Below the pieces are notes generated by a model, which was given only the letters and a program-made list of their open reading frames with translations, searched no databases and had not been told where the DNA came from. A stretch of DNA of 64,000 bases from the NCBI GenBank assembly GCA_023132875.1, contig JAGLXN010000007.1, positions 1,262 through 65,261 on the forward strand. The letters run 5' to 3'. The stretch comes from Candidatus Parcubacteria bacterium (GTDB lineage Bacteria; Patescibacteriota; Minisyncoccia; JAHIHE01; JAGLIN01). Below, one piece after another: positions 9,168 to 21,522 of this stretch. The position numbers were made by a program, and so were the translations under genes. The stretch's first letter is position 1. Each line of letters begins with the position of its first letter.

Positions 9168-11249
9168 CTATTCCTCATTCTCTAATCCCAGTATTACAAT
9201 CCCCTCTTTTATTCCAATACTATAATCATCAGGAAGCTCAGTTGTAAGTTCGCTTTCAAAAGTAATGATTTCTTTATTTACAAACTCATCATAACCGGTA
9301 GCTTTCACTTCGTTCATAATTTTCATAATTTTTCCAACATCATAATCTTTTGGCTTGATGCTAATTTGAAACACAACTTCCTTAACAGGAGAAGTAATTC
9401 CCGTATTAGCGTCAAGCTTCGGTAGTTCCCAAATCACTTCTCTTGTTTTGGTATTATAAAAGAAATTTTCTTCTTTTATCTGATTTTCTCTTTCTTTACT
9501 ATTATCTTCACCGCTTTGATTATTTTCCAAACTATCATTCATCTCCATAATAGTATTGGCATTATTTTCAGTTATAGATTTATTTTCTTCTGTTTCTTCT
9601 TCGGGAGTAAACGCTCCGTTTGTTTGATCTCCTAGTAACACTTTTCCATCTGATTTTATATAATTTCCTGTCCAACTTACTCCTTCTGGCAAAATTGAAA
9701 CAATTCGAACATCGTTTATATCATTAAATAAACTACTCAGATTCCAATGTATCAAATAATTTGTTTCTTTGCCCGCTTCTGGAGGAATAAATCCCGTATT
9801 TTCTATTCTGCCATCATCATTGAAATATCCCTTGACTCGAACAAATAAAGAAGCTCTAAATTTGGTATCGCTTTCGTTTGAAACAATTATCTTTTCAATA
9901 TTTACAGAGCCAGAATTAAAATTAAAACTGCTTATCGTAGTTTTATTATTAATCGTAAAATTTTTGGCTTTTAATTTTTCAATTTCAATATAATCTTTAG
10001 CTTTTATTTTAAAGCTGACTTCTTCCTCTTCTCCGGGGCCAAAAGACGCTAGCTTTGGAACATTAAAAGCGCTCCATGTTATTTTGTTTGATTTTTTATT
10101 ATAAGAGCCGTTAACAATATCAAGCGAATTAAAATCAATTTCTCCTTCAAGCTCGCTGTTCACTACAAGACCTTTTATCGCTTCGTCGCTTATATTTTTA
10201 AATTTTATCGTATATTCCAGCTCTTCTCCCTTAGTCGCATAATATTCCTCTAGTCCATTAACAAGCTGCTTTATCGTTATTGGAATTTCCTTTACTTTTA
10301 CTGTGGCAATCTTATTTATATATTCAAACATATCTATATTATTTTCAGAAGCGCTTAACATAACTTTAATTTCTTTTTCCTTGTTTTCATTAGCGACAAT
10401 ATTTCCTTTTATAATAAATTTTCCTTCTGATTTTGGAGCTACATTCTCAATGCTCCAGTTTAGCAAACCGTCTTTTTTTTCACTAGGTTCCGGCTCAGAA
10501 AATTTATATTCAAATTCTTCCGGCAATCGCGCTTTTATATTTATAAGCTTGAATTCCCTATCGCTTATATTCTTGTAATTAATTGCATATTCAATTTCAC
10601 TTCCGTTAATTATATCTTCTGGAAACTGGATGGACAGTTCAAAGGGAACTGCTGTAATTTTTATTTCTGCTTTGCTATACTCGTCTGCTGATTCAAATTC
10701 ATAATTAAAGTTTTTAGGAGTATAAGAGATCTTTGAATTAAAATTATATTCTTTATTCAGCTCTCCCGTGACTTTTCCAAACAGTTTTATATTTCCAGAC
10801 TCTCCGGCTGGAATATTTTCTAAATTCCAGGTAAGCACCGTTTCCTCTGTTTTGACTTCCTTGTCGCTTGATATGAATAAAAATTCCGCGGGAATAAAAA
10901 GACTAATTCTTGCGTTTCTCAAACTAACACTGGTATTATTTTCATATTTTATATCAAAAACTATTTCCTCTCCGCTTGCTATTTTGTTTAAAGTCTCAAC
11001 GCTAACTTTAACTTTTGTTTCATCAAAAGATTGTTTTCCTTTCATACGCGTAAAATAAAACAGCGATGAAACAGCTATTATAATTAACAATACAACCGTT
11101 AAAATCGCTTTTTTGTTTTTTAAAATATTTTTCTTATTATTTTTTCCAAAATTAAGATCATCTGGCTGCTTTAAATCATTCGTCTTTTCTTCAGACAAGT
11201 AATTCTTTATATTTTCATCCGTATGCTCATTTATTACGTTTTGAGGCAT
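9168..11249 (-). CDS. membrane-anchored protein with repeated Ig-like (DUF11-like) domains
   Basis: single TM helix, then repeated GEEIxYxIxYxN...LxWxIxNL motifs. Confidence 0.75.
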   Translation of the reverse strand: MPQNVINEHTDENIKNYLSEEKTNDLKQPDDLNFGKNNKKNILKNKKAILTVVLLIIIAVSSLFYFTRMKGKQSFDETKVKVSVETLNKIASGEEIVFDIKYENNTSVSLRNARISLFIPAEFLFISSDKEVKTEETVLTWNLENIPAGESGNIKLFGKVTGELNKEYNFNSKISYTPKNFNYEFESADEYSKAEIKITAVPFELSIQFPEDIINGSEIEYAINYKNISDREFKLINIKARLPEEFEYKFSEPEPSEKKDGLLNWSIENVAPKSEGKFIIKGNIVANENKEKEIKVMLSASENNIDMFEYINKIATVKVKEIPITIKQLVNGLEEYYATKGEELEYTIKFKNISDEAIKGLVVNSELEGEIDFNSLDIVNGSYNKKSNKITWSAFNVPKLASFGPGEEEEVSFKIKAKDYIEIEKLKAKNFTINNKTTISSFNFNSGSVNIEKIIVSNESDTKFRASLFVRVKGYFNDDGRIENTGFIPPEAGKETNYLIHWNLSSLFNDINDVRIVSILPEGVSWTGNYIKSDGKVLLGDQTNGAFTPEEETEENKSITENNANTIMEMNDSLENNQSGEDNSKERENQIKEENFFYNTKTREVIWELPKLDANTGITSPVKEVVFQISIKPKDYDVGKIMKIMNEVKATGYDEFVNKEIITFESELTTELPDDYSIGIKEGIVILGLENEE

Positions 11250-11344
11250 ATTTTTAGATTATTATAAAATTTCATTTCATGCTTATATTATACAATGATT
11301 AAGTGATTTGAGTCAAAAAAAATTTTATTCCTTTCTTAATACGC

Positions 11345-11373
11345 GTAGAGACGCAGCAATGCTGCGTCTCTAC
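11345..11373. repeat. GTAG-type REP palindrome
   Basis: gtagagacgcagc-aat-gctgcgtctctac. Confidence 0.9.
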
Positions 11374-11423
11374 TAATATATAACAAAATTTTGTCTGCAA
11401 AAATCGTAAAGATTATTACAAAT

Positions 11424-11769
11424 AGAAAAGGACAGATAGTAATTATATCATTTGACATAATACTTCTGCCCCGACCTTATGAAAAAGGTCAATTTATTCG
11501 CCTCCTTGTCCATGGAGGCATTTCAGTTCTCGAACATCACTAATCTCCTCCTTGAAATAGGCGTCTCCCTACTTGCTGGAGACAAAAGATCTGGTTGGTT
11601 TCCGCTCACGCCAGCTAACGATCATGGTTCAATATCGCGTACTCGACTGGCCGGAGTCGTCCCTACTACTGACACTGCTTTTATTCCTGGATCTTTTGAC
11701 ATAGGTCTTCACACTCTTTATTAGCAATGCCTTCCAGACCATCTTGCAAAAGATAGTCGACATTACTAA
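11424..11769 (-). ncRNA. candidate ~345 nt structured ncRNA, family unassigned
   Basis: stems with G-U wobbles only on the minus strand (TTAGTAATGTC/GGCATTGCTAA, GACTATC/GATGGTC, GGGGCAGA/TCTGTCCT plus U-tract); upstream TTGACA-17-TATTAT. Confidence 0.6.
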
Positions 11770-11821
11770 ATTATAATATTATAAATATTTTATTATGTCA
11801 AACTTAAAAAATTTCAAACTA

Positions 11822-11850
11822 TTGACATTTATTGAAAAATCGTTTAGAAT
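11822..11850 (+). promoter_or_regulatory. sigma70 promoter of the atp operon
   Basis: TTGACA-17 bp-TAGAAT upstream of atpB. Confidence 0.7.
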
Positions 11851-11896
11851 TGGTCTGTTGTAGAAGACTTTAATCTTAATTTTAAACAGACAAAGA

Positions 11897-12649
11897 ATGC
11901 ATGTTTCAATCACTCCGGAAATTATAACAAACATACTTGGAATTCCAATTTCAAATACTCTTATAGCCTCTCTGATAGCTACTGTAATTTTAGTGATAAT
12001 CGCGTATTTTGCTACAAGAGACATGAAAGAGGTCCCGACCGGCATACAAAATCTATTTGAAACAATTATAGAAGCGCTTTTAAATATGGTTGATAGCGTT
12101 ACTGGAGACAAAAAACAGACTTATCAATTTTTTCCGTTAGTCGCGACAATTTTTATTTTTATAATCCTATCTAACTGGCTGGGTCTTGTTCCGGGATTCG
12201 GATCGTTAGGATTTTATGAAACCGCGAAAGAGGGCATGCATGGAAATGGGCATGCTGTTTTTGTTCCCCTGCTTAGATCCGCAAACAGCGATCTGAATAC
12301 AACGCTCGCGCTGGCTATTGTTTCAGTTCTGGCAACTCAGATCTTTGGAATTATAGCTCTGGGAATTTTTAAATACGGCAAGAAATTTATAAATTTCAGT
12401 TCGCCTATAACTTTTTTTGTAGGCATACTGGAACTTATAAGCGAAGTGGCAAAAATGGTTTCATTTTCATTCAGGCTTTTTGGAAATGTTTTTGCTGGAG
12501 AAGTCCTTTTGGTCGTAATAATGACGCTCGCGCCATTTATAGCGCCTCTGCCATTTTTCGGACTTGAACTTTTTGTAGGATTTATCCAAGCTCTTGTGTT
12601 TGCAATGCTAACCCTCGTTTTTCTAAAAATGGCAGTTACAGCGCATTGA
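11897..12649 (+). CDS. atpB: F0F1 ATP synthase subunit a
   Basis: SFRLFGNVFAGE, ELFVGFIQALVF. Confidence 0.97.
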   Translation: MHVSITPEIITNILGIPISNTLIASLIATVILVIIAYFATRDMKEVPTGIQNLFETIIEALLNMVDSVTGDKKQTYQFFPLVATIFIFIILSNWLGLVPGFGSLGFYETAKEGMHGNGHAVFVPLLRSANSDLNTTLALAIVSVLATQIFGIIALGIFKYGKKFINFSSPITFFVGILELISEVAKMVSFSFRLFGNVFAGEVLLVVIMTLAPFIAPLPFFGLELFVGFIQALVFAMLTLVFLKMAVTAH

Positions 12650-12776
12650 TCATATTAACATACTAACATTCTAACATATTAACATAATGAAACATCAAAA
12701 ATCATTCAATGTGGAACTACTGGTGTAAAAATCTTGTTAGAATGTTAAAATGTTAGTATGTTAGTATGATTTATAA

Positions 12777-13031
<255 letters not shown>

Positions 13032-13190
13032 TAATCATTCAGTCAAAAGAGAATTAATTCTCTTTTGAAGTGTGTTTATTAAATTATTAGCATTAGAGCT
13101 CACATGTTTGTTCGCTATTATTTCCGCGTATACGGAAATAACAAAGATTACTTTTGACTTTGTAACTTTATAAACTTTTAACTTACTTCT

Positions 13191-13685
13191 ATGTCAGAAA
13201 TATTTTCAAAATTAGGATTAGATTATAAACTAATCATCGCTCAAGCAGTTAATTTTGTCTTGCTTCTTATAATCTTACAACGGCTCGCCTATAAGCCGGT
13301 TTTGAAAATGCTCAATGACAGAACTGAAAAAATTGATAAAAGCCTTAAACAAGCAAAAAAGATTGAAGAAAAGTTGAAAAATACTGAAGAAATTAAATTA
13401 GCTGAAATTAAAAAAGCAAAAGAAGAACATCAGAAAATTATAAAAGAAGCGCAAGAAATCGCGGAAAGAAAATCACAAGAAACAATTGAAAAAACCAGAG
13501 TAAAAACGCAGGAAATCGTAGAAAATGCAAAAATAGAAATAACAGCCGGAAAAGAAAAGTCAGTCAAAGAAGCAAGAAAAGAAATCGCAGATATTTCTAT
13601 TCAAATCGCTAAAAAAATCATTGGAGATAATCTAAATGAAAAAGAGCAGAAAGAAATAGCGAATGATATTTTGAGAAAGATATAA
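13191..13685 (+). CDS. atpF: ATP synthase subunit b
   Basis: QAVNF TM anchor plus coiled coil; operon position. Confidence 0.95.
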   Translation: MSEIFSKLGLDYKLIIAQAVNFVLLLIILQRLAYKPVLKMLNDRTEKIDKSLKQAKKIEEKLKNTEEIKLAEIKKAKEEHQKIIKEAQEIAERKSQETIEKTRVKTQEIVENAKIEITAGKEKSVKEARKEIADISIQIAKKIIGDNLNEKEQKEIANDILRKI

Positions 13686-13785
13686 TTGAATTGTTACATT
13701 GTCAAATTGTCAAATTGTCATCGCATCTATAAATCTTTTATTGCCTAACAATTTAGCAATATAACAATTTAACAATGTAGTTTAT

Positions 13786-14172
13786 ATGAAAATAACCCCA
13801 AAACAATACGCTATAAGCCTGTATGAAACAACAAAAAATGTTGATGGGTTTGAGATTGAAAAAAGAATAAAAAACTTTGTTGATATTTTGAAAAAAAATA
13901 ACGATTTGTCGCTAGTAGACAAAATAGTAGATGAATATAATAAACATCACAGAAATCAAAGAAATATTTCCAGAATTGAAATCACCAGTAGTAATAAATT
14001 AAATCCAGAAATTTTAAATAAGATCATTCAGAAATTCAAAAAACAAATTGAAATTGAAGAAAAGATTGATAAGTCTTTAATAGGAGGAATGGTTATAAAA
14101 ATAGATAATAGCCTCTTAATTGATGGAAGTGTTAAAAGGAAATTGGAAGATTTGAAGAAGAATTTGATGTAA
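13786..14172 (+). CDS. atpH: ATP synthase subunit delta (short form)
   Basis: YAISL, IDKSLIGG..IDGS; operon position. Confidence 0.92.
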   Translation: MKITPKQYAISLYETTKNVDGFEIEKRIKNFVDILKKNNDLSLVDKIVDEYNKHHRNQRNISRIEITSSNKLNPEILNKIIQKFKKQIEIEEKIDKSLIGGMVIKIDNSLLIDGSVKRKLEDLKKNLM

Positions 14173-14291
14173 AGTTTTGATTAGTGAATTTTTGAATGCT
14201 ATTACATTGTTGCATTGTTAAATTGCTAAATTGTTATGCGTGGCATAGCAATACAGCAATTTAACAATTTAACAATTTAACAATTTAAATT

Positions 14292-15791
14292 ATGAACAGC
14301 CACATTATAGAAACTTTAAAACAACAAATAGCGCAGACTAAATTAGAGACTCAAGTTGAAAAAATCGGTAAAGTAGTAAAAATTGCCGACGGAGTCGCGG
14401 CTTTAAACGGCCTGACTGATGTTATGAGCGGCGAGCTGCTTGAATTTCCAAATGAAATTTTTGGCGTTGCTTTAAATCTGGAAGAAGACAGCATAGGAGC
14501 CATGATTCTTGGCAATTACCTCAAAATCAAAGAAGGAGATACTGTAAAAAGCACGGGGAGAATCCTTGAAGTTCCTGTTGGACAGCAAATGGTTGGAAGA
14601 GTTGTTAATGCTTTAGGCCAGGCAATAGACGGGAAAGAAGAAATTGAAACTGATCAATTCTATCCTGTAGAAAAAATTGCCCCGGGAGTCATCACAAGAA
14701 AATCAGTTGACGCCCCGCTTCAAACAGGGATTAAGGCGATTGACTCAATGATTCCAATCGGAAGAGGACAAAGAGAATTAATAATTGGAGACAGGCAAAC
14801 AGGAAAAACTGCCATTGCTATTGATGCAATTATCAACCAGAAAGGAAAAGATGTTATATGCATATATGTAGCTATCGGACAAAAAGAATCTAAAGTCGCG
14901 AAAATTGTTGCCAAGCTTGAGGAAAGCGGAGCAATGGAACATACAATTGTGGTTCTTGCCGGAGCCTCCGATCCAGCTTCTATGTCATACATAGCTCCTT
15001 ACACTGGATGCACGATAGGCGAGTATTTTATGGATCAAGGAAAAGACGCAATGATCGTATATGACGATTTAAGCAAGCATGCATGGGCATATAGGCAAAT
15101 TTCTCTTATTTTAAAAAGGCCGCCGGGAAGAGAAGCTTATCCTGGAGATATTTTCTATCTGCATTCCAGGCTTCTTGAAAGAGCGGCAAAACGCGATGAG
15201 AAATATGGCGGAGGGTCATTAACCGCACTGCCTATTATTGAAACTCAGGCCGGAGATGTTAGCGCCTACATTCCAACTAATGTTATTTCAATCACAGACG
15301 GGCAAATCTTTCTTGAAACAGACTTATTTTATCAAGGAATAAGGCCTGCTGTTAATCCAGGTATTTCAGTTTCGCGCGTTGGATCTTCGGCTCAAACAAA
15401 AGCAATGAAGAAAGTTGCGGGAAAACTGCGGCTTGAACTTGCGCAATTCAGAGAATTAGCCGCCTTTGCTCAGTTTTCAAGCGATCTTGACAAAGAAACA
15501 AAACAAAGGATTGAGCGAGGAAAAAGACTTACCGAAGTCTTGAAACAAGATCAATATGTTCCCATGGAAACAGAAGAACAGGTTGTTATTATTTTCGCTA
15601 CAATTAACGGATTTTTGGATAATGTTGAAATTGAAAAAGTAAAGAATTTCGAAAAAGAACTTCTTGAACGCTTGAGAGAGAAAAATAAAGATATTCTTGA
15701 TAAAATTGCCGAAGAAAAAGATATTTCGGAAGAAACGGATAAAAAATTAAAGGAAATTATTGAAGAGTTTAAGAAAAGATTCTCAGCATGA
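14292..15791 (+). CDS. atpA: ATP synthase subunit alpha
   Basis: [18 protein letters not shown]. Confidence 0.98.
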   Translation: MNSHIIETLKQQIAQTKLETQVEKIGKVVKIADGVAALNGLTDVMSGELLEFPNEIFGVALNLEEDSIGAMILGNYLKIKEGDTVKSTGRILEVPVGQQMVGRVVNALGQAIDGKEEIETDQFYPVEKIAPGVITRKSVDAPLQTGIKAIDSMIPIGRGQRELIIGDRQTGKTAIAIDAIINQKGKDVICIYVAIGQKESKVAKIVAKLEESGAMEHTIVVLAGASDPASMSYIAPYTGCTIGEYFMDQGKDAMIVYDDLSKHAWAYRQISLILKRPPGREAYPGDIFYLHSRLLERAAKRDEKYGGGSLTALPIIETQAGDVSAYIPTNVISITDGQIFLETDLFYQGIRPAVNPGISVSRVGSSAQTKAMKKVAGKLRLELAQFRELAAFAQFSSDLDKETKQRIERGKRLTEVLKQDQYVPMETEEQVVIIFATINGFLDNVEIEKVKNFEKELLERLREKNKDILDKIAEEKDISEETDKKLKEIIEEFKKRFSA

Positions 15792-15869
15792 TAATACTGT
15801 CTTTATAAAAAATGAATTAAATCATTCTATTGCTTTATTGTTGTATTGTTAAATTGTCAACTCTAATCA

Positions 15870-15992
15870 ATTTTAATCTTAGCTAAAATAAAAAACTTCT
15901 CACGGAAGAACGGAATAGTCATGTTTTAAAAGAACTGCAAAAACTACCCAAAAAAAAATCAACTAGCTCATAAAGTTTACCAACGATAAATT
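15870..15992 (+). pseudogene. degraded remnant resembling the C-terminus of a four-helix-bundle (23S rRNA IVP-like) protein
   Basis: frameshifted reading LILAK/KLLTEERNSHVLKELQKLPKK/IN*LIKFTNDKL between inverted attgtt/aacaat arrays. Confidence 0.45.
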
Positions 15993-16037
15993 GACAATGT
16001 AACAATAGAGCAATAGAGCAATTTAACAATAGAATTT

Positions 16038-16955
16038 ATGCAGTCAACACAACAAATTAGAAGACAAATCCAGTCAACAAAAAACACCTCGCAAATAACA
16101 AAAGCGATGGAAATGGTTGCTGCTTCAAAAATGAAAAAAAGTCAGGAGGCGGCTTTATTAGCTAGGCCTTACGCGGAAGCTGCTTTAAGTTTATTGGAAA
16201 ATGTCAGCGAATCAGTTGAACCGCGAAAACATATTTTATTGGAAAATAGAGAAAAGAAAAATGTCTGTCTTTTTGTTGTTACTTCCGATAAAGGATTGTG
16301 CGGCGGGTTGAATAGCGGTGTTATTAAAAAGGCTTTGCAAATAATCAGAAAAAATGAAAGCGAGGGCAGAAAAATTAGTATTGTCGCTATTGGAAAAAAG
16401 GCGGAAAACTATTTTAAGAGAACAAAAAACGATGTTATCGCAGTTTTTAACGGCATCGGTGATTCAGTGGAATTGCGTGAAACGCTTCCTATTTCAAAAT
16501 TACTGATTAACGATTTTAGAGATAAAAAATTTGATAAAGTAATTGCAGTTTACACAAACTTTATTTCTACTTTAAAACAAGATTCTAGAGCTAAAACTAT
16601 TTTACCAGTTACCAGAAGAAGTTTGGAAGAAACAATAGAAGAAATAGATGATTTAGCCATTAAAAATGGTGAAAACGGTAACGAAAATAATGGCATGGAA
16701 TATAAATTTGAACCATCACCTAGTGAAGTTTTATGCAAACTGCTTCCTAATCTGATTGAAATACAGTCTTATCACATTATTCTTGAATCAAACGCTTCAG
16801 AACATAGCGCCAGAATGGTTGCGATGAAAAGCGCGACTGACAGCGCATTGGAAATGCTTGATGATTTGAATTTATTATATAATTATACAAGACAGCAAAA
16901 AATTACTCAAGAAATAAGTGAAATTTCAGCAGGAGTGGCGGCGCAGGAGAATTAG
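16038..16955 (+). CDS. atpG: ATP synthase subunit gamma
   Basis: ITKAMEMVA, SDKGLCGG, EHSARMVAM, RQQKITQE. Confidence 0.97.
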   Translation: MQSTQQIRRQIQSTKNTSQITKAMEMVAASKMKKSQEAALLARPYAEAALSLLENVSESVEPRKHILLENREKKNVCLFVVTSDKGLCGGLNSGVIKKALQIIRKNESEGRKISIVAIGKKAENYFKRTKNDVIAVFNGIGDSVELRETLPISKLLINDFRDKKFDKVIAVYTNFISTLKQDSRAKTILPVTRRSLEETIEEIDDLAIKNGENGNENNGMEYKFEPSPSEVLCKLLPNLIEIQSYHIILESNASEHSARMVAMKSATDSALEMLDDLNLLYNYTRQQKITQEISEISAGVAAQEN

Positions 16956-17111
16956 TTAAAAGTTTATAAAGTTATAAAGTTCATAAAGTTGGTGAATTAA
17001 TAACTTTTTACTTTATAAACTTTATAACTTTAGATTAAATACGCACATTGAAAATTTAGAGATTGAGTTTTGGAAAAATACAAAAAATGATTCAAAAAAA
17101 TGGAGGATTGA

Positions 17112-17360
17112 TTGAAAATGGAACATGACATAATAATACTAATAATATTACCGATAACACTAACGCCACTAGATAATATTAGTATTAAAAAAATAGAAAT
17201 AACAGAAAAAGAAATAGAGTCTTTGAAATTCAAATACGGCCCCTATTCTTTTTACATTAACTTAGGAACATACATCGTTTATGGAATTAAATCAGGAGAA
17301 ATAAAAGAAATGGGTAAACTTATCGTTTCGGAAGACGGCAATTTAGAAATAGAAGAATAA
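17112..17360 (+). CDS. small hypothetical protein inserted in the atp operon
   Basis: GGAGG RBS upstream of TTG/ATG; no recognisable motif. Confidence 0.45.
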   Translation: MKMEHDIIILIILPITLTPLDNISIKKIEITEKEIESLKFKYGPYSFYINLGTYIVYGIKSGEIKEMGKLIVSEDGNLEIEE

Positions 17361-17411
17361 AGTATTCTATTTCTTATTTTTCCAAACCCCAATTTTTGAA
17401 AAATATAAATT

Positions 17412-17487
17412 CTGGAGTTCAGGTTTTAACCTGTAAATGTCATCCTGAGCTTGTCGAAGGCTTACACTCTTAAAGAGTGAACTCCAG
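17412..17487. repeat. GGAGTTCA...TGAACTCC palindrome with a nested TGTCATCCTGAGCTTGTCGAAGG REP
   Basis: both components recur inside topA. Confidence 0.75.
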
Positions 17488-17515
17488 AAATATTGTTAAA
17501 ATGTTTAAATGTTAA

Positions 17516-18907
<1,392 letters not shown>

Positions 18908-18942
18908 GATTATATTGCTGTATTGCTGTATTGTTACCAGCT

Positions 18943-19034
18943 GGCTCCATTGTGGCGGAGCCCTGTGGAGCCTTATGCAAATCGGGGAAAAGTTTGCTAA
19001 AGTCACAAAAGGCTCCAGTCAGGAGACTGGAGCC
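18943..19034. repeat. GGCTCC...GGAGCC palindromes (two copies; a third at 23056-23079)
   Basis: ggctccagtc-agga-gactggagcc and related sequences. Confidence 0.7.
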
Positions 19035-19199
19035 AACGAATAAACCAACAGATAAAACAAAAAACAGCTCTTTCAAAAACTGTTTTTCTGAACTTTGAAA
19101 TTTAATTTCCTTTTTTTCATTCCATAATATTATCATTCTGAATTTATTTCAGAATTCTCTACTTACTACAATAAACGAACCTAACTAATAAAAAATAAG

Positions 19200-19493
19200 T
19201 CAGCTATTGCTGACTCGTTGAAAGATGAACATGGTATTTATAGGCTCATAGATTATTTCTAAATCCTTTCCTTTTTTATTTTCAGAAGTAAAATAATTTT
19301 CTTTTACTTTTAAAAAGTGCATTGTAGAAAGTTTATAACCAGCCGTCCCAAAGTGTCTTATAACATGCTCTATATCTGCAAATATTTCTTCTTTTGTTTC
19401 AAAACCATCATCAACTATCGCAGATAGATGTATTCCACCTTTTTCTTTTTTTAAACTTGCATGCACAGAAATAGTTTGTATTTCTTCTTTCAA
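19200..19493 (-). CDS. hypothetical protein, antisense within the atp operon
   Basis: 97 aa with a strong GAGGAGG RBS before TTG. Confidence 0.6.
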   Translation of the reverse strand: MKEEIQTISVHASLKKEKGGIHLSAIVDDGFETKEEIFADIEHVIRHFGTAGYKLSTMHFLKVKENYFTSENKKGKDLEIIYEPINTMFIFQRVSNS

Positions 19494-19547
19494 AATTTTT
19501 CCTCCTCAATATCTTTATTTAATAATAATACTATATTAATTAAACTT

Positions 19548-19970
19548 ATGTCAACATCTAAAATAAACCTCCAAATCATAACCCCAGAAAAAATCGCCTA
19601 TAAAGATAAAGCAGATCAGATCACTTTGCCAACGGAAGACGGCGAAATAACCGTGATGGCAAATCATATTCCGCTGATTAGCACGATGAAGCACGGAGAA
19701 TTGATTATCAAAAACGACGGAAAAGAAATTCCGATGGCTGTTTGCAATGGCTTTATTGAAGTCAGAGGAAATTGTATTATTATCATGACCGATATTGCCG
19801 AACGAGTGGAAGAAATTGATGAACAAAAAGCGGAAGAAGCAAAGAAAAAAGCAAAAGATTTGTTAAAAGAAAAAGACAGGATGTCTGATGTCGCGTTTGC
19901 GGACGCGACAGCGTTGTTAGAAAAGTCTTTGGCGAGGATTAGAGTGGCGAGGAAAAGGGAGAGAAGGTAA
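19548..19970 (+). CDS. atpC: ATP synthase subunit epsilon
   Basis: LQIITPE, GEITVMANHIPL; start placed at ATG 19548 (MSTSK). Confidence 0.95.
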   Translation: MSTSKINLQIITPEKIAYKDKADQITLPTEDGEITVMANHIPLISTMKHGELIIKNDGKEIPMAVCNGFIEVRGNCIIIMTDIAERVEEIDEQKAEEAKKKAKDLLKEKDRMSDVAFADATALLEKSLARIRVARKRERR

Positions 19971-20241
19971 AAATTGAATTATGAATCAGGAATAATGAAT
20001 TGGGAATTATAAATTTAGTTTGCCGATTTCATAGCAATGATAGCCCCGTGGAACCTAAATGCAGAACTGTACAGGTCAGACCATCTAATAACCGGAATTT
20101 ACCCTTCAGGGTTTCAAAAACCGCTGTAAATACAGAAATAAAATCCTAAAGGATAAATTCCATTAACAAAAATTATTGTTAATCTGTATAAAACCAGCAA
20201 AGTGTTTAAATTCAAAATTCATTATTCTAAATTCTAATATA

Positions 20242-21204
20242 ATGAATATTCACCAATCCCTCAAAATTTCCACCAATAAACTTAAATTACAAAACATTCC
20301 TTCCGCCGACCTTGATGCGGAAGTTTTGTTATTGGAAGCGTTAAATAGAAGTAGATATAAAAAATTAGACAAAAGCTGGTTGTATATAAATGATAATTAC
20401 GAATTAAACAAAAACGAAGAAAAATTATTTAATAGTTTTATAAATCAAAGATTAAAAAACAAGCCAGTTGCTTATATAATAAATAGAAAAGAATTTTATG
20501 GCTACGATTTTTATGTTGACGAAAATGTTCTGATCCCCCGCCCTGAAACAGAATTCATTGTTGAAGAAGTTTTGAAAATTTTAAACCCCCTTAGCCCCCC
20601 CATTCGGCTATCGCTCGGAGCAGGCTCTTATCAGAGGGAAAATAGCGATTTCACTCTAATTGACATTGGAACTGGTTCGGGTTGCATAATAATAAGCGTT
20701 TTAAATGAGCTTGCAAAAAGAAAAGGAGATGATGTTGTAGAAAACGCTTACGCAAATGATATTTCTTTAAAAGCAATCAAAATCGCAAAACGCAACGCAA
20801 ATAAATATAACTTGAACAAAAAAATAAAATTTGTCGCAAATGATTTTGAAAAATTTTTAAATAAAAAAAATATTTATAACTCCGACGAACTTGTCATTAC
20901 AGCTAATCTTCCATATATAAAAAATGATGATTACAAAAATCTTTCTAAAAATATAAAAAAGTACGAACCCAAGATTGCGCTTGCAGCGGGAAAAGACGGA
21001 CTCGTCTATATAGAAAAATTAGTTGATTCTGTATTAAAAATCAAGAAAAAATACAAGCAAAAAATATATGTTCTTATTGAAGCAGATCCAAATCAAATGA
21101 GTAAAATAACTGCTATAATAAACAAAAAATCAGCTAACGCGCGTATTAAAATAATTAAAGATTTGAGCGGAAAAAAAAGAATTGCCGTATTGTCATATTG
21201 CTAA
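20242..21204 (+). CDS. prmC: release factor glutamine methyltransferase
   Basis: VLIPRPETE, DIGTGSG, ANLPY, EPKIAL; start placed at MNIHQ. Confidence 0.93.
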   Translation: MNIHQSLKISTNKLKLQNIPSADLDAEVLLLEALNRSRYKKLDKSWLYINDNYELNKNEEKLFNSFINQRLKNKPVAYIINRKEFYGYDFYVDENVLIPRPETEFIVEEVLKILNPLSPPIRLSLGAGSYQRENSDFTLIDIGTGSGCIIISVLNELAKRKGDDVVENAYANDISLKAIKIAKRNANKYNLNKKIKFVANDFEKFLNKKNIYNSDELVITANLPYIKNDDYKNLSKNIKKYEPKIALAAGKDGLVYIEKLVDSVLKIKKKYKQKIYVLIEADPNQMSKITAIINKKSANARIKIIKDLSGKKRIAVLSYC

Positions 21205-21312
21205 ATTGTTATATTATTATTGCGTTATGCATAACAATTTGACAATAGAGCAATTCAACAATTTAAATAAATCTAAAACACGGCTTCAACCGTGTTTTAG
21301 ATTTGCAAAATA

Positions 21313-21522
21313 TTACTTTCTCTTTCTAGCTGGTTTTCTTTTAGCAACTTTTCTTTTGGCTGGTTTTCTTTTAGCAACTTTTCTTTTGGCTGGTTTTCTT
21401 TTAGCAGTTTTTTTGACGACTCTTTTCTTAGCTGGTTTTTTTGCAACTTTTCTTTTAACAACTTTCCTTTTTGCGGGTTTTTTAGCAACTTTTCTTTTGG
21501 CTGGTTTTCTTTTTGTAACCAC
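21313..21522 (-). CDS. histone H1-like Lys/Arg-rich repeat protein (Hc2-like)
   Basis: KRKPA/KRKVA pentapeptide repeats; AGGAGGTG RBS before the GTG start. Confidence 0.8.
   Translation of the reverse strand: MVTKRKPAKRKVAKKPAKRKVVKRKVAKKPAKKRVVKKTAKRKPAKRKVAKRKPAKRKVAKRKPARKRK

Noticed and set aside
11479-11724. 81-aa + strand ORF
   Set aside because: No RBS or motif; overlaps a region whose G-U pairing indicates a minus-strand RNA.
20035-20165. possible riboswitch upstream of prmC
   Set aside because: No recognisable aptamer consensus; the main stem (ggaatttaccct...) belongs to a palindrome family also seen at 57860-57915.
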